A stretch of 64,000 nucleotides of DNA, taken from NCBI GenBank assembly GCA_947084845.1, contig CAMTUE010000004.1, forward strand, positions 7,217 through 71,216, in the 5' to 3' direction. Each line of letters opens with the position of its first letter. Position 1 is the stretch's first letter. This document shows positions 44,609-54,392 of this stretch, piece by piece. Below the pieces are notes generated by a model. The model had not been told where the DNA came from. It made no database searches and worked only from the letters and a program-made list of their open reading frames with translations. Position numbers and translations under genes: made by a program. The DNA comes from an uncultured Bryobacteraceae bacterium (lineage in GTDB: Bacteria > Acidobacteriota > Terriglobia > Bryobacterales > Bryobacteraceae).

Positions 44609-45954
44609 CACGCGGTCGAATTCTGATCGTCGACGACGATCCCGTTGTTCGCGATTCACTGGGCAAATGGTTTGAAAGCGAGGAGTTCCAGGTCGAGGTC
44701 TGTCCCGGCGCGCATGTGGCGCTCGAGAGGCTGTCGCACGACCGTTTCGACCTGGCGTTGCTTGATATAAAAATGCCGGGCGTGGACGGTATTGAATTGC
44801 AGGCCCGCTTGCACGACATTGCTCCGGAAATGCCGGTGGTGATCATGACTGGCTTCGCGTCGGTTGAGACTGCGGTGAAGGCGCTAAAGAACGGCGCCTA
44901 TGACTACATCACGAAGCCGTTCGACCCGGACGAACTGGTGCACCTGGTATCGAACGCGATCGCGCACCGCCGCGCCGAGGGTGAAGTGGTCAGGCTCAAG
45001 GAGAACCTGCAACAGATCTTTCCGGAGACATCGCTGATCGGGCAGAGTCCGCAAATGAAACGGGTGATCGAACTCGTCGAAACGGTTGCGCCGACAGACG
45101 CGACCGTGCTGATCACAGGTGAGAGCGGCACGGGCAAAGAGGTTGTCGCGCACGCCATCCACGCGGCCAGCCCGCGGCGTTACAACCCGATGGTGGTCAT
45201 CCATTGCGGCGCACTCACCGAGACGCTGCTCGAGAGCGAGCTGTTCGGCCACGAGAAAGGCGCGTTCACCGGCGCCCAGGCGCGAAAGAAGGGCAAGTTC
45301 GAGATGGCCGAGGGCGGGACCGTTTTTCTGGACGAGATCAGCGACATCAGCCTGCGGACACAGACGGATCTGTTGCGCGTGCTTCAAGAGAAAGAGATCG
45401 TCCGCGTGGGCGATTCACATGCAGTGAAAGTGGATTTTCGGGCCGTAGCGGCGACAAATAAACGGCTGGAAAAGCAAGTCGAAGATGGCTTGTTCCGCCC
45501 TGACTTGTATTATCGCTTAAATGTTTTTACTATTGACATTCCTCCTCTGCGCGCCCGAAGAGAAGACATTCCACTGCTGGCCACTCACTTTATCGGAAAG
45601 CTTACCTCACAGATGAACAGGCAGCCGCAGCGGTTATCGGCGGCAGCGATGGAAGCGCTGATGGACTATGCGTGGCCCGGCAACGTCAGGGAGTTGGAGA
45701 ATTCAATCGAGCGGGCGCTTTTGATCAGCCGGACGCCCGAGCTTGAGCCGGATGATTTCCCGTTTCAGACGCTGCGCGCCGCACAGCTCGGCGGACGGCG
45801 ATTGGAGGATATCGAGCGGGCCCATATCGAGCGTGTTCTGACTGAAACCACATGGAATTTGTCGCACGCCGCGCGAGTGTTGGCCATTGACCGCACAACG
45901 CTCTATAACAAGATCCGCCGCTACGAACTGGAAGACCCAAGGCGTATCAGGTAG
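44605..45954 (+). CDS. sigma-54-dependent response regulator (NtrC family)
   Basis: ATGA overlap with the kinase. Receiver [26 protein letters not shown] Walker [10 protein letters not shown] (GAFTGA loop). Fis-type [26 protein letters not shown]. Confidence 0.92.
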   Translation: MTRGRILIVDDDPVVRDSLGKWFESEEFQVEVCPGAHVALERLSHDRFDLALLDIKMPGVDGIELQARLHDIAPEMPVVIMTGFASVETAVKALKNGAYDYITKPFDPDELVHLVSNAIAHRRAEGEVVRLKENLQQIFPETSLIGQSPQMKRVIELVETVAPTDATVLITGESGTGKEVVAHAIHAASPRRYNPMVVIHCGALTETLLESELFGHEKGAFTGAQARKKGKFEMAEGGTVFLDEISDISLRTQTDLLRVLQEKEIVRVGDSHAVKVDFRAVAATNKRLEKQVEDGLFRPDLYYRLNVFTIDIPPLRARREDIPLLATHFIGKLTSQMNRQPQRLSAAAMEALMDYAWPGNVRELENSIERALLISRTPELEPDDFPFQTLRAAQLGGRRLEDIERAHIERVLTETTWNLSHAARVLAIDRTTLYNKIRRYELEDPRRIR

Positions 45955-45957
45955 CGG

Positions 45958-46503
45958 TTGAAAAACGTGGCGGCGAAGATCCACATCCTGCCGGTTTCGC
46001 CTCCGGTCCCGGATTTGAACCTCCTTGACCAGCTCTCCGCCGGCCTGGCAGGTGCGCTGAAGGTCTCCTGCCGCGTGGTGACCGAGGAGTTCGACGCGTC
46101 ATTCGCCTTCGACACGTACAGGGGGCAGACTTACTCGACGGCTGTGCTGGCGCGGCTTGCTGAAGCGCCGATCGGAGACGGCGAGATCATGCTGGGAGTC
46201 TGCGAAGCGGACCTGTACGTGCCCGTGCTGACGTTCGTCTTTGGCGAGGCGCAGTATCCTGGGCGTGCGGCGATTATCTCGGCGGCGCGCCTTCACGAAG
46301 AGTTCTACGGGCTGCCGCCCGACCCGGCGAAACTGAATGAACGGCTGCTGAAAGAGGCGATTCACGAGATCGGGCACACGCGAGGATTGGGCCATTGCGA
46401 CGACTGGAACTGCGTGATGGTGTCGTCGCATCGCGTGGAGCGTCTGGACCTTAAATCGGCTCAATACTGCGCGCGTTGCAAAAGAAAGCTCAGCGCTTTC
46501 TAA
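45958..46503 (+). CDS. archaemetzincin-like (M54) zinc peptidase
   Basis: HEIGHTRGLGHCDDWNCVM then 16 aa then CARC, close to the archaemetzincin signature HExxHxxGx3Cx4CxM..CxxC. TTG 45958 or GTG 45966 start, 3 nt after the regulator stop. Confidence 0.75.
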   Translation: MKNVAAKIHILPVSPPVPDLNLLDQLSAGLAGALKVSCRVVTEEFDASFAFDTYRGQTYSTAVLARLAEAPIGDGEIMLGVCEADLYVPVLTFVFGEAQYPGRAAIISAARLHEEFYGLPPDPAKLNERLLKEAIHEIGHTRGLGHCDDWNCVMVSSHRVERLDLKSAQYCARCKRKLSAF

Positions 46504-48808
46504 ATCTGGCAGTGGGGGGCTTTTTGCCGGTATTCCGCGCCCAGGGTCCGGCAAGCGAAAACATCAGGCGCTTCTCGACGGCATCGACGTGGTCAAGCCG
46601 AACCCGCACCGGGTCGCCGATGGCGATTTCGCGGCGGGAGCGTTCACCGGCGATTTTGCGGGTGTTTTCATGATAATTCCAGTGCTCGCCAGGCAGACCG
46701 TCGATCGGGACGAGCCCTTCCACAAAGAGGTCGTTCAATTCGACGAAGAAGCCGAAGCGCGTGGTTGAGATGACCAGGGCGTCGAACTCTTCGCCGACGC
46801 GGTCCGCCATGAACTTGACGCGTTTCCATTCGAGCAGTTCGCGCTCGGCTTCGGCGGCGCGGCGTTCGGTGTCGGAACACATGCGGGCGAGGCCGGGGAG
46901 ATCCGAGACCTCGGGAGGTTGGCGATCGAGCAAAGAACCGAGGAGACGATGGACAATGAGGTCGGGGTAGCGGCGGATGGGCGAAGTGAAGTGGGTGTAG
47001 CTATCAGCGGCCAGCGCGAAGTGGCCGACGTTCTCGGCGGCATAGCGGGCCTGCTTGAGCGAACGCAACATGAGGAAACTCAGGATGCGTTCCTCGGGGC
47101 GGCCTTCGAGCTTCGCGACCAGTTTTTGATACATGCGCGAAGAGACCTTCATGCGTTCGTCGGCGCGCACGATATCGCGCCTGAGTTTGCGTCCGTCCGA
47201 GGTTCGAGTGACGGCGGGGAAGCGCTTGACGGGCACTGCGCCGAAGCCGAGCGAATAGCCGAAGCGGGCGGCGAGGTCTTCGAAATCCATCACCTTTTGC
47301 GGGTCGGGAGACTCGTGGATGCGGAAGATGGACTCGGTCAGAGAGGCTTCCAGATGGGCGCTGACGGTCTCGTTCGCGGCCAGCATGAACTCTTCGATGA
47401 TGCGGTTCGCGATGTTGCGCGGCGCGCGGTCGATGGAGGTCATCAGGCCGTTTTCGTCGAAGACGATGAAGGGTTCAGGCAGGTCGAAATCGATTGAGCC
47501 GCGCTTCTGGCGCTTGCGTTGGAGGATTTCAGCCAGGTCCTTCATCATCAGGAAACGATCGACCAGCGGCGCGTATTTCGTGCATCGCTCCGGGTCGCCT
47601 TCGAGGATCAGATGGACATCGGTGTAGGTCATCCGCTCGGCGCTGCGGATGACGCCGCGGCAGAATTCCTTTTTGACGACCTGGCCCTGGTGGTCGATCT
47701 CAAGCAGGGCCGACATGACGAGGCGGTCCACAAGCGGCTTGAGGGAGCAGATGCCGGTGGAGAGTTCGAGCGGCAGCATGGGCACGGCGCGGTCTGGAAA
47801 GTAGACGCTCGTGCCGCGGATGAGGGCTTCGTTGTCGATGGCCGAGCCGGGCTTGACGTAGTGGCTGACGTCGGCGATGTGGACGTGAAGGAGATAGCGG
47901 CCTTCGGCGGAGCGGTCCACCCAAACGGCGTCGTCGAAATCCCGCGCCGTCTCGCCGTCGATCGTGACGCAGTCCATGTGGCGGAAGTCGCGGCGGCGGG
48001 CGATCTCGGCGGCGGCGATCGACTCGTCGAAGGCTCGCGCCTCATCGAGTGCTTCGGCGGAGAAGCGATTCGGCAGGTGATGCTTGCGGATCGTGATTTC
48101 GACATCGACGCCGAAGTCGTCGGGATGGCCGAGGATTTCGATGACACGGCCGGCAGCGTCTTCGCCGCGCTCGGGGAAGTCGAGAAGTTCAACGTTAACG
48201 ATCTGGCCGTCGAGGTCCTCGATCGAATTCACCTTCGGAATCGGCGCGCCAATGCGATCGGGGTTTGACGCCGTGCCGGGGAACTCCATTCCATCAGGGA
48301 TGAAGATCGCCTGCTGGATGCGGCTTTCCTGAGGCACGACGTAATTCGTCTTGCGGCCGATCTTGAACTCGCCGACGACAGTGGGGTGGGCTCGCCTGAT
48401 GATGCGGACGAGGTCGCCTTCGGCCTTACCGTCGGGCAGGACGCGGGTGACATGGGCGAGGACGCGGTCTCCGTGCATCGCGCTCATCGACGGGTCTGGC
48501 GGAATGAAGATGTCGCCTTTGACGCCGCGTACGGGGCTGTCCGGGACGACGAAACCGTAGCCGTCGCGGTGCATTGCAAGGCGGCCGATGGCGTATTCCT
48601 GAGTTCGCGACGGGAGCACGAACTGGCCGCGCATTTCGATCACGGCGCCACGCCGGACGAGGAGATCGAGGGCGTCCTCGAAGCGCTGGCGGTCCTCGCC
48701 GCGGACACGCAGTTCCTTCATGAGATGGCGGGCCGTGGCCCGGCCCTTCGGCTGAAGGTCCAAGTGGTCGAGAATCGACTTTTCCAAACCCGGTTCAGGC
48801 TTGCTCAC
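46490..48808 (-). CDS. rnr: ribonuclease R
   Basis: RNB motifs DFDDAVWV, HIADVSHYV and SVYFPDRAVPMLP. C-terminal S1 domain (GFFVEL) and a basic tail. GTG start 48808. Confidence 0.9.
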   Translation of the reverse strand: MSKPEPGLEKSILDHLDLQPKGRATARHLMKELRVRGEDRQRFEDALDLLVRRGAVIEMRGQFVLPSRTQEYAIGRLAMHRDGYGFVVPDSPVRGVKGDIFIPPDPSMSAMHGDRVLAHVTRVLPDGKAEGDLVRIIRRAHPTVVGEFKIGRKTNYVVPQESRIQQAIFIPDGMEFPGTASNPDRIGAPIPKVNSIEDLDGQIVNVELLDFPERGEDAAGRVIEILGHPDDFGVDVEITIRKHHLPNRFSAEALDEARAFDESIAAAEIARRRDFRHMDCVTIDGETARDFDDAVWVDRSAEGRYLLHVHIADVSHYVKPGSAIDNEALIRGTSVYFPDRAVPMLPLELSTGICSLKPLVDRLVMSALLEIDHQGQVVKKEFCRGVIRSAERMTYTDVHLILEGDPERCTKYAPLVDRFLMMKDLAEILQRKRQKRGSIDFDLPEPFIVFDENGLMTSIDRAPRNIANRIIEEFMLAANETVSAHLEASLTESIFRIHESPDPQKVMDFEDLAARFGYSLGFGAVPVKRFPAVTRTSDGRKLRRDIVRADERMKVSSRMYQKLVAKLEGRPEERILSFLMLRSLKQARYAAENVGHFALAADSYTHFTSPIRRYPDLIVHRLLGSLLDRQPPEVSDLPGLARMCSDTERRAAEAERELLEWKRVKFMADRVGEEFDALVISTTRFGFFVELNDLFVEGLVPIDGLPGEHWNYHENTRKIAGERSRREIAIGDPVRVRLDHVDAVEKRLMFSLAGPWARNTGKKPPTARFRKR

Positions 48809-48828
48809 GCTGGTAGTATAGGTGATCG

Positions 48829-49311
48829 ATGGAACTGAAAACGGTCGCGCTCGAAATTCCTGATGACGGCAACATCATTCTCGGCCAGTCGCACTTCATC
48901 AAGACGGTCGAAGACATCTATGAAGCCATCGTCAACACCGTCCCCCAGATGAAGTTCGGCGTGGCGTTTTGCGAAGCGTCGGGCGCCTGCCTGATCCGCG
49001 CCGACGGCAATGATGACGGTTTGAAGGAACTCGCCATCCGGAACGCACGGACCGTGGCAGCCGGCCACACGTTTGTGATCTGCATGAAAGAGGGCTATCC
49101 GATCAACCTGTTGACACGCATCAAGGACGTGCCGGAAGTGGTGGGGTTGTTCTGCGCCACGGCCAACGCGGTTGAGGTCATCATCGCCGAAACGGAGCTT
49201 GGCAGGGGCGTGCTTGGCGTCATCGACGGTTCGTCACCCAAGGGTGTTGAAGGTCCCGAGGACATCGAGTGGCGCCATGCGCTTCTGCGCAAGATCGGCT
49301 ACAAGCGTTGA
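48829..49311 (+). CDS. adenosine-specific kinase family (DUF355-like) protein
   Basis: IILGQSHFIKTVEDIYEAIV..KFGVAFCEASG..AGHTFVI..YPINLL..IK.VPEV..LFCATAN.VEVIIAETE.GRGVLGVIDG matches my recollection of this small conserved family. Confidence 0.65.
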   Translation: MELKTVALEIPDDGNIILGQSHFIKTVEDIYEAIVNTVPQMKFGVAFCEASGACLIRADGNDDGLKELAIRNARTVAAGHTFVICMKEGYPINLLTRIKDVPEVVGLFCATANAVEVIIAETELGRGVLGVIDGSSPKGVEGPEDIEWRHALLRKIGYKR

Positions 49312-49414
49312 TCTGCAGCGCTCGCCTCTGAGCCTTCTCTTCCCTCCCGCTGCGTTGAACGCTCGGCAGGGAAGGCCTTTCAGCCGAGTGTGAAACGCCG
49401 AATCCGCCGCACTT

Positions 49415-51898
49415 TCAAATCGGCTTCGCGGCCGACAGGTAGATCGCGTTCAGCAGCAACTTGAATGTGCCGAACGTCTGACCGCGGAACTGTGGCCGGA
49501 ATCCGAACAGCACCACCCTGCCCTGCCCCAAGCGGGCTTCCACCATCGCCGGACGGCCCGCCGCGGCGCGTTCCCCGCTCAGCCAGCCGCTGGCCAGCAG
49601 GTTCTGCTTCGCATAGTTGACCACGGTCCTGGTTTCGCGTTCACCTTTGTTGTAGTCGCCCAATAGCGTGACCTCGAAGGCCTGGCCGCCGGTCGATGTG
49701 ACGATCGCCTCGGCCGGCATCCCGAAGCCGAGCGGGTGGGTGGGATCGACCGTGACACGCAGCAGCGATCCCGGGCAGTACCAGTCGTTCGCGCCGCTGC
49801 CCGTCCGCAGCACACCCCGCACACCGATGTCCAGCATCTCCATCGGCAGATCCGCCGCAGTGTCAAATGCCACCAGCGTTCCGCCGGCGCGCACGAACTC
49901 GTCCAAGGCTTTGACGCCCTCGACGCCGATGCCGCCCGCGTGTTCGGGCCGGGGCTGGCTCTTCTCCGGCGCGCCGAAGCGTCCGCCGCCGCTGCGGGTC
50001 CCGGCGCGCTGGCCATGGAGAATCGACTGCGTGGCCTGCTGCGCCAGAAGGATCACGTCGTACTTCGATCGCAGCGAACCTGTCCTGATTTCGTCGTTGC
50101 GCAGCGCCGTAAACGGAATCTCGTAGTTGTCGAGCAGCCACTCCGTCCAGCCCGCATCCATGTTCGAAGTCCAGGGGGTATAGAGCGCAACGCGCGGCGC
50201 GGCGACCTCCCATTTGGCAGGCGCTGATTTCGAATCGAGGAATGTGCCGTCGGCTCCCCGCCACAACTTCGCGCCGCCCTTCAGCGTACGGGCCAGCGCG
50301 ATGAAACCGGTGTTCTGCTTGTGGTCAAGAACAGGCGCGGGCGCGGCGAGCATGCTCTCGGGCGCAAGCGCGGCCTCAAAACTGTCCTCAATCCGATCCA
50401 CCTTGACGCCCATCTGGTAACTCAACGTCCAGCCCGCAAGGTCATAGGGGCGATTCGTCGGACCCGATTCCCCCGTGCGGATCTCCGGGTACTTCTGCGG
50501 TTCGAGCAGATCAACCAGATAGCCGCGGAACGCCTGAGCCGTCTTCATCACCAATGTCCCCGCCGGGTACTGCTTGCCGCCCGCGCTGAACGGCGACGAA
50601 GCGCGCTGCACCTCGATGCCGGACATCTGAAGCCTCCGGACCATCTCGACGGCAGCCGATGCGTCGTCCTGGACGGGCGCGATCACATAGGCGTAGGGCT
50701 TGCCCTTTTCGCCCGCTTGAATTTGTTCGCGCGCCATCGACCACGCCTTCCTGACGAAGTAATCCGGCTGGCTCGCGGCGAGATTGAGGATCGCCATGTC
50801 GGCGGTCAGCATATATTCCACCGCATCGTTGAGCGCCCACCGGCCGCCCTTCCATGGCATGGGATAAAAGATCGACGGCTCGCGCGCGGGCAGCCCCGAC
50901 ATGAACCGCACAGGGATTTCGGCTGGCTTGACCTCATACGGAGTCGCGTAGACATAGCCGGCCGTCTCGGTCAGGATGCCGTGCATGTTGTGGAACGCGG
51001 GCGTTGAACGCAATCCGCCATTCCACCAGCCGTCGAACGACATGTAGCTGACCACGCCCGGCTTGTTCTCGCGCAGAAAGCGCTCCTTCATCACGCTGCC
51101 TATCAGATTGATGCCCTCCATCACGGCCGGCGGGATGTTCGGATTCAACGGCTCGGCGTAGGGCGGAATGAAGATACGCGCCGGAAACGGCGCATACTGA
51201 TGCTGGTTGTAGACGATATGCGGGAACCACTCGCGGAACAGCAACCGGCTCACCGCGCGGGTCTCTTCCAGGTTCATCATGAACCAGTCGCGGTTATTGT
51301 CGTGGCCGGCGTATTTCTGGTAGAGCTGCGGCAGCGGGGCGAGTTCGTGCGGCGAACCGAGGTTCTTTCTGTACCACTCGGCGGTCATCTGAAGACCATC
51401 GGGATTGATCACCGGGACCTGCATCAATATGACGTTGTCGCGGATGCGGCGGATCTCCTCGCTCTCGCCGGTGACCATTTGGTAGGCCAATCGCGGCGCA
51501 TGTTGCACCGGCGCGACTTCGGTGGAGTGCAGACCCGAATCGATCCACACGATCGCCTTCCCTTCGCGCGCGAATCGTCCGGCCTCTTCCGCCGTGGCCA
51601 GTCCAAGAGCCATCTTGCGGTTGATCTCTTTCCACCGGTCGAGGCGCTTCAGGTTCGCCTCGGAACTGATGAAGGCGACCAGCAACGGACGGCCTTCGGA
51701 ACTTCTGCCAAACTCTTCGACGCGGATACGTCCCGATTCGGCGGCGAGTTTGCGGAAGTACGACGACACCTGATCGTAGTCGGCCAGTTTGTAGTCGTCG
51801 CCGGGGGTGAAGCCGAAATGGTCCTTCGGCGGCGTCACCGCGCCCGATGCGACGAGGGCCAGGAGCAGGAAGACAATCAGGAATCTGCGAGAGAGCAT
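49415..51898 (-). CDS. M14-family metallocarboxypeptidase (large, secreted)
   Basis: Signal MLSRRFLIVFLLLALVASG from ATG 51898. WIDSGLHSTEVAP carries the HxxE zinc motif. Confidence 0.75.
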   Translation of the reverse strand: MLSRRFLIVFLLLALVASGAVTPPKDHFGFTPGDDYKLADYDQVSSYFRKLAAESGRIRVEEFGRSSEGRPLLVAFISSEANLKRLDRWKEINRKMALGLATAEEAGRFAREGKAIVWIDSGLHSTEVAPVQHAPRLAYQMVTGESEEIRRIRDNVILMQVPVINPDGLQMTAEWYRKNLGSPHELAPLPQLYQKYAGHDNNRDWFMMNLEETRAVSRLLFREWFPHIVYNQHQYAPFPARIFIPPYAEPLNPNIPPAVMEGINLIGSVMKERFLRENKPGVVSYMSFDGWWNGGLRSTPAFHNMHGILTETAGYVYATPYEVKPAEIPVRFMSGLPAREPSIFYPMPWKGGRWALNDAVEYMLTADMAILNLAASQPDYFVRKAWSMAREQIQAGEKGKPYAYVIAPVQDDASAAVEMVRRLQMSGIEVQRASSPFSAGGKQYPAGTLVMKTAQAFRGYLVDLLEPQKYPEIRTGESGPTNRPYDLAGWTLSYQMGVKVDRIEDSFEAALAPESMLAAPAPVLDHKQNTGFIALARTLKGGAKLWRGADGTFLDSKSAPAKWEVAAPRVALYTPWTSNMDAGWTEWLLDNYEIPFTALRNDEIRTGSLRSKYDVILLAQQATQSILHGQRAGTRSGGGRFGAPEKSQPRPEHAGGIGVEGVKALDEFVRAGGTLVAFDTAADLPMEMLDIGVRGVLRTGSGANDWYCPGSLLRVTVDPTHPLGFGMPAEAIVTSTGGQAFEVTLLGDYNKGERETRTVVNYAKQNLLASGWLSGERAAAGRPAMVEARLGQGRVVLFGFRPQFRGQTFGTFKLLLNAIYLSAAKPI

Positions 51899-51918
51899 AT
51901 ATGGAACAATCGTAAGGT

Positions 51919-52812
51919 ATGCCCGCACCATCCCGCAGAGAGTTCACTGCCGGCCTGGTCCAGATGTCCTGCTCGACTGACCGGCGCGAGAACCTGGAAA
52001 AGGCCGTTTCGCGCGTCCGCGAGGCCGCCGCGCAAGGGGCCGGGATCGTCTGTCTTCAGGAGTTGTTCACGTCGCAATACTTCTGCCGCGATGAAGACGC
52101 CCGCCTGTTTGACCTCGCCGAGACAATCCCCGGACCCTCCACCGTAACCCTCGGCCGGATCGCCAAAGAGCTCGGCGTGGTCATCATTGCATCGCTGTTC
52201 GAACGCCGCGCCAAGGGCCTCTACCACAACACCGCCGCCGTTCTTGGCACGGACGGCGCGCTGCTGGGCATCTACCGCAAGATGCACATCCCGGACGATC
52301 CGCTCTTCCATGAGAAGTTCTACTTCACGCCCGGCGATCTCGGATTCAAAGTGTTCGAAACGCCATTCGCGAAGATCGGCGTGCTGGTCTGTTGGGACCA
52401 GTGGTATCCCGAAGCGGCGCGATTGACCGCGCTGCAAGGCGCCGACATTCTGTTTTACCCCACGGCCATCGGCTGGCACCCGCACGAGAAGGAACAATAC
52501 GGTCCGTCGCAACTTGACGCATGGCGCACCATCCAGCGCAGCCATGCCATCGCCAACGGGCTGTACGTCGCGGCGGTGAATCGTGCAGGTTTCGAAGGCA
52601 CAGCGGATCACGGACTCGAATTCTGGGGCAACTCGTTCGTGGCCGACCCGTTTGGCGTCGTCGCCGCCGACGCGCCTCACCAGAACGAAGAGATCCTCAT
52701 CGTGCGCTGCGACCCGGCGCGTATCGAAGAGGTGCGCCGCAACTGGCCCTTCTTCCGCGACCGCCGTATCGACGCCTATTCAAACATCACGAGCCGCTGG
52801 GACGCGGAGTAG
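51919..52812 (+). CDS. aguB: N-carbamoylputrescine amidase (carbon-nitrogen hydrolase)
   Basis: CLQELFTSQYFC, YRKMHIPDDPLFHEKFYFTPGD, and CWDQWYPEAAR (catalytic Cys). Adjacent to aguA. Confidence 0.85.
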   Translation: MPAPSRREFTAGLVQMSCSTDRRENLEKAVSRVREAAAQGAGIVCLQELFTSQYFCRDEDARLFDLAETIPGPSTVTLGRIAKELGVVIIASLFERRAKGLYHNTAAVLGTDGALLGIYRKMHIPDDPLFHEKFYFTPGDLGFKVFETPFAKIGVLVCWDQWYPEAARLTALQGADILFYPTAIGWHPHEKEQYGPSQLDAWRTIQRSHAIANGLYVAAVNRAGFEGTADHGLEFWGNSFVADPFGVVAADAPHQNEEILIVRCDPARIEEVRRNWPFFRDRRIDAYSNITSRWDAE

Positions 52813-52817
52813 CCGCC

Positions 52818-53858
52818 ATGACCCTGCCGCCGGTTTACCGCATGCCCGCCGAATGGGCGCCTCACAAAGCGACATGGCTCGCCTGGCCGCATAACGAATC
52901 GGACTGGCCCGGCAAGTTCGCGCCCATCCCGCATCTCTACGCCGAGATCGTCCGTATCCTGTCGCGCCACGAGGATGTCAATATCCTCGTCCCGGAGTCC
53001 GCCAAACGCAGGATTCGGGATTTGCTCAGGAAGGCCGGCGCATGGAACGCCAACGTCCATCTGTTCGAACGGAAGACCAACCGCGGTTGGACACGCGACT
53101 TCCTGCCTACCTGGGTTGCCGCTCCCGGATACGCAACGGTCGCCGTGAAGTGGCATTTCAATGGCTGGGCCAAATACCGGAACTGGCGCGCCGACGATGA
53201 CGCCGGCATCGAGACGGCCTCACTTTCGGAATCTGTGCTCGTATTGCCCGACTTCGCGGAACGCCGTGTCGTGCTCGAAGGCGGCTCGATCGACGTCAAC
53301 GGATCGGGGTCGTTGCTGACCACCGAAGAGTGCCTGCTCAGCGACGTGCAGCAACGCAATCCGGGTCTCGAACGGGGCCAGATCGAAGCGCTGTTCGAGG
53401 GCTGGCTGGGCGCATCGAACGTGATCTGGCTGAATCGAGGGATCGCCGGGGACGACACCCACGGCCATGTCGACGACATCGCGCGCTTCGTCTCGCGTTC
53501 AACGGTCATCGCCGCCGTCGAGCAGGATCGCGACGAGATCAATTACGCGCCTCTGAGAGAGAACTACGGCATCCTGCGCGATGCCGTGGACGAACGCGGC
53601 GTGAAGTTGCGCGTCGTCCCGCTGCCGATGCCCAAGCCGGTTTACTACGATAAGCAACGTCTGCCGGCGTCGTATGCGAACTTCTACATCGCCAACAAGA
53701 CCGTCCTCGTGCCGACGTTCCACGACCCGAATGACCGGGTCGCGTTGAACATCCTGGCCAAGTTGTTCCCGGGCCGGGAGGTGATCGGCATCCATGCGGT
53801 GGACCTCGTTCTGGGCCTGGGGACGCTGCACTGCATGACGATGCAGGAGCCTTTATAG
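52818..53858 (+). CDS. aguA: agmatine deiminase
   Basis: ATG 52818. MPAEWAPHKATWLAWPHNESDWPGKF, DDTHGHVDD, PASYANFYIAN, and a C-terminal GLGTLHCMTMQEP with the catalytic Cys. Confidence 0.88.
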   Translation: MTLPPVYRMPAEWAPHKATWLAWPHNESDWPGKFAPIPHLYAEIVRILSRHEDVNILVPESAKRRIRDLLRKAGAWNANVHLFERKTNRGWTRDFLPTWVAAPGYATVAVKWHFNGWAKYRNWRADDDAGIETASLSESVLVLPDFAERRVVLEGGSIDVNGSGSLLTTEECLLSDVQQRNPGLERGQIEALFEGWLGASNVIWLNRGIAGDDTHGHVDDIARFVSRSTVIAAVEQDRDEINYAPLRENYGILRDAVDERGVKLRVVPLPMPKPVYYDKQRLPASYANFYIANKTVLVPTFHDPNDRVALNILAKLFPGREVIGIHAVDLVLGLGTLHCMTMQEPL

Positions 53859-54392
53859 GACCAGAGTCCGGGCGACCAGGCGGAGGACGGAGGCGTCGGT
53901 GTCCAGATCCGGGACTTCGACCAAACGAATCCAAGCCAGGTCGTGGGACTCGTTGCTGACCGTCAGCGGCAGATCTGAAGGAGCTTCGATCAGATAACGG
54001 ATGTCATAGTGTATATGTTTAGGCTCAGATCCGCGAGCCGGGATCGTGTGGGCGTCCACATCGAAGATTTCGTCGCTCCAAAGCCGCAATCCGGTCAACC
54101 CGGTCTCTTCCCAGGCTTCGCGCAAGGCGACCCGGGCGACGTCGCCATCGCCGTCGCAGTGGCCGCCCGGTTGGAGCCATTTGTTCAGCTTGGCGTGGTG
54201 GGTGAGCAGGGCATGAGTTCGTTTGGTATCGACGATCCAGGCCGAGCCGGTGACGTGGCCGGACTGTTGCGAACGCTCGAAGCAGTCTTCATGAGTCCGG
54301 ACGAAATCGAGGATTCGTTTGAGCATCGCGGCTTCATGGGCGTTGAACGGCGTGTGCCGATCGAGAGCGGCGATCAGCGGCGCACGAATCAT
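53853..54392 (-). CDS. Nudix hydrolase
   Basis: ATG 54392 in an ATGA overlap with the upstream gene. Nudix box GGHCDGDGDVARVALREAWEETGL. Confidence 0.8.
   Translation of the reverse strand: MIRAPLIAALDRHTPFNAHEAAMLKRILDFVRTHEDCFERSQQSGHVTGSAWIVDTKRTHALLTHHAKLNKWLQPGGHCDGDGDVARVALREAWEETGLTGLRLWSDEIFDVDAHTIPARGSEPKHIHYDIRYLIEAPSDLPLTVSNESHDLAWIRLVEVPDLDTDASVLRLVARTLVL

Noticed and set aside
49312-49414. Bidirectional terminator between the adenosine-kinase-like gene and the M14 gene
   Set aside because: Short stems exist (cttccct/agggaag and ctcggc/gccgag), but there is no clear U-tract on either strand, so I did not list it as a feature.
52521-52817. 99-codon N-terminal extension of the aguA ORF overlapping aguB
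   Set aside because: The extension is Arg/Pro-rich and lies out of frame across the well-supported aguB gene. Agmatine deiminase homology begins at ATG 52818 (MTLPPVYRMPAEW).
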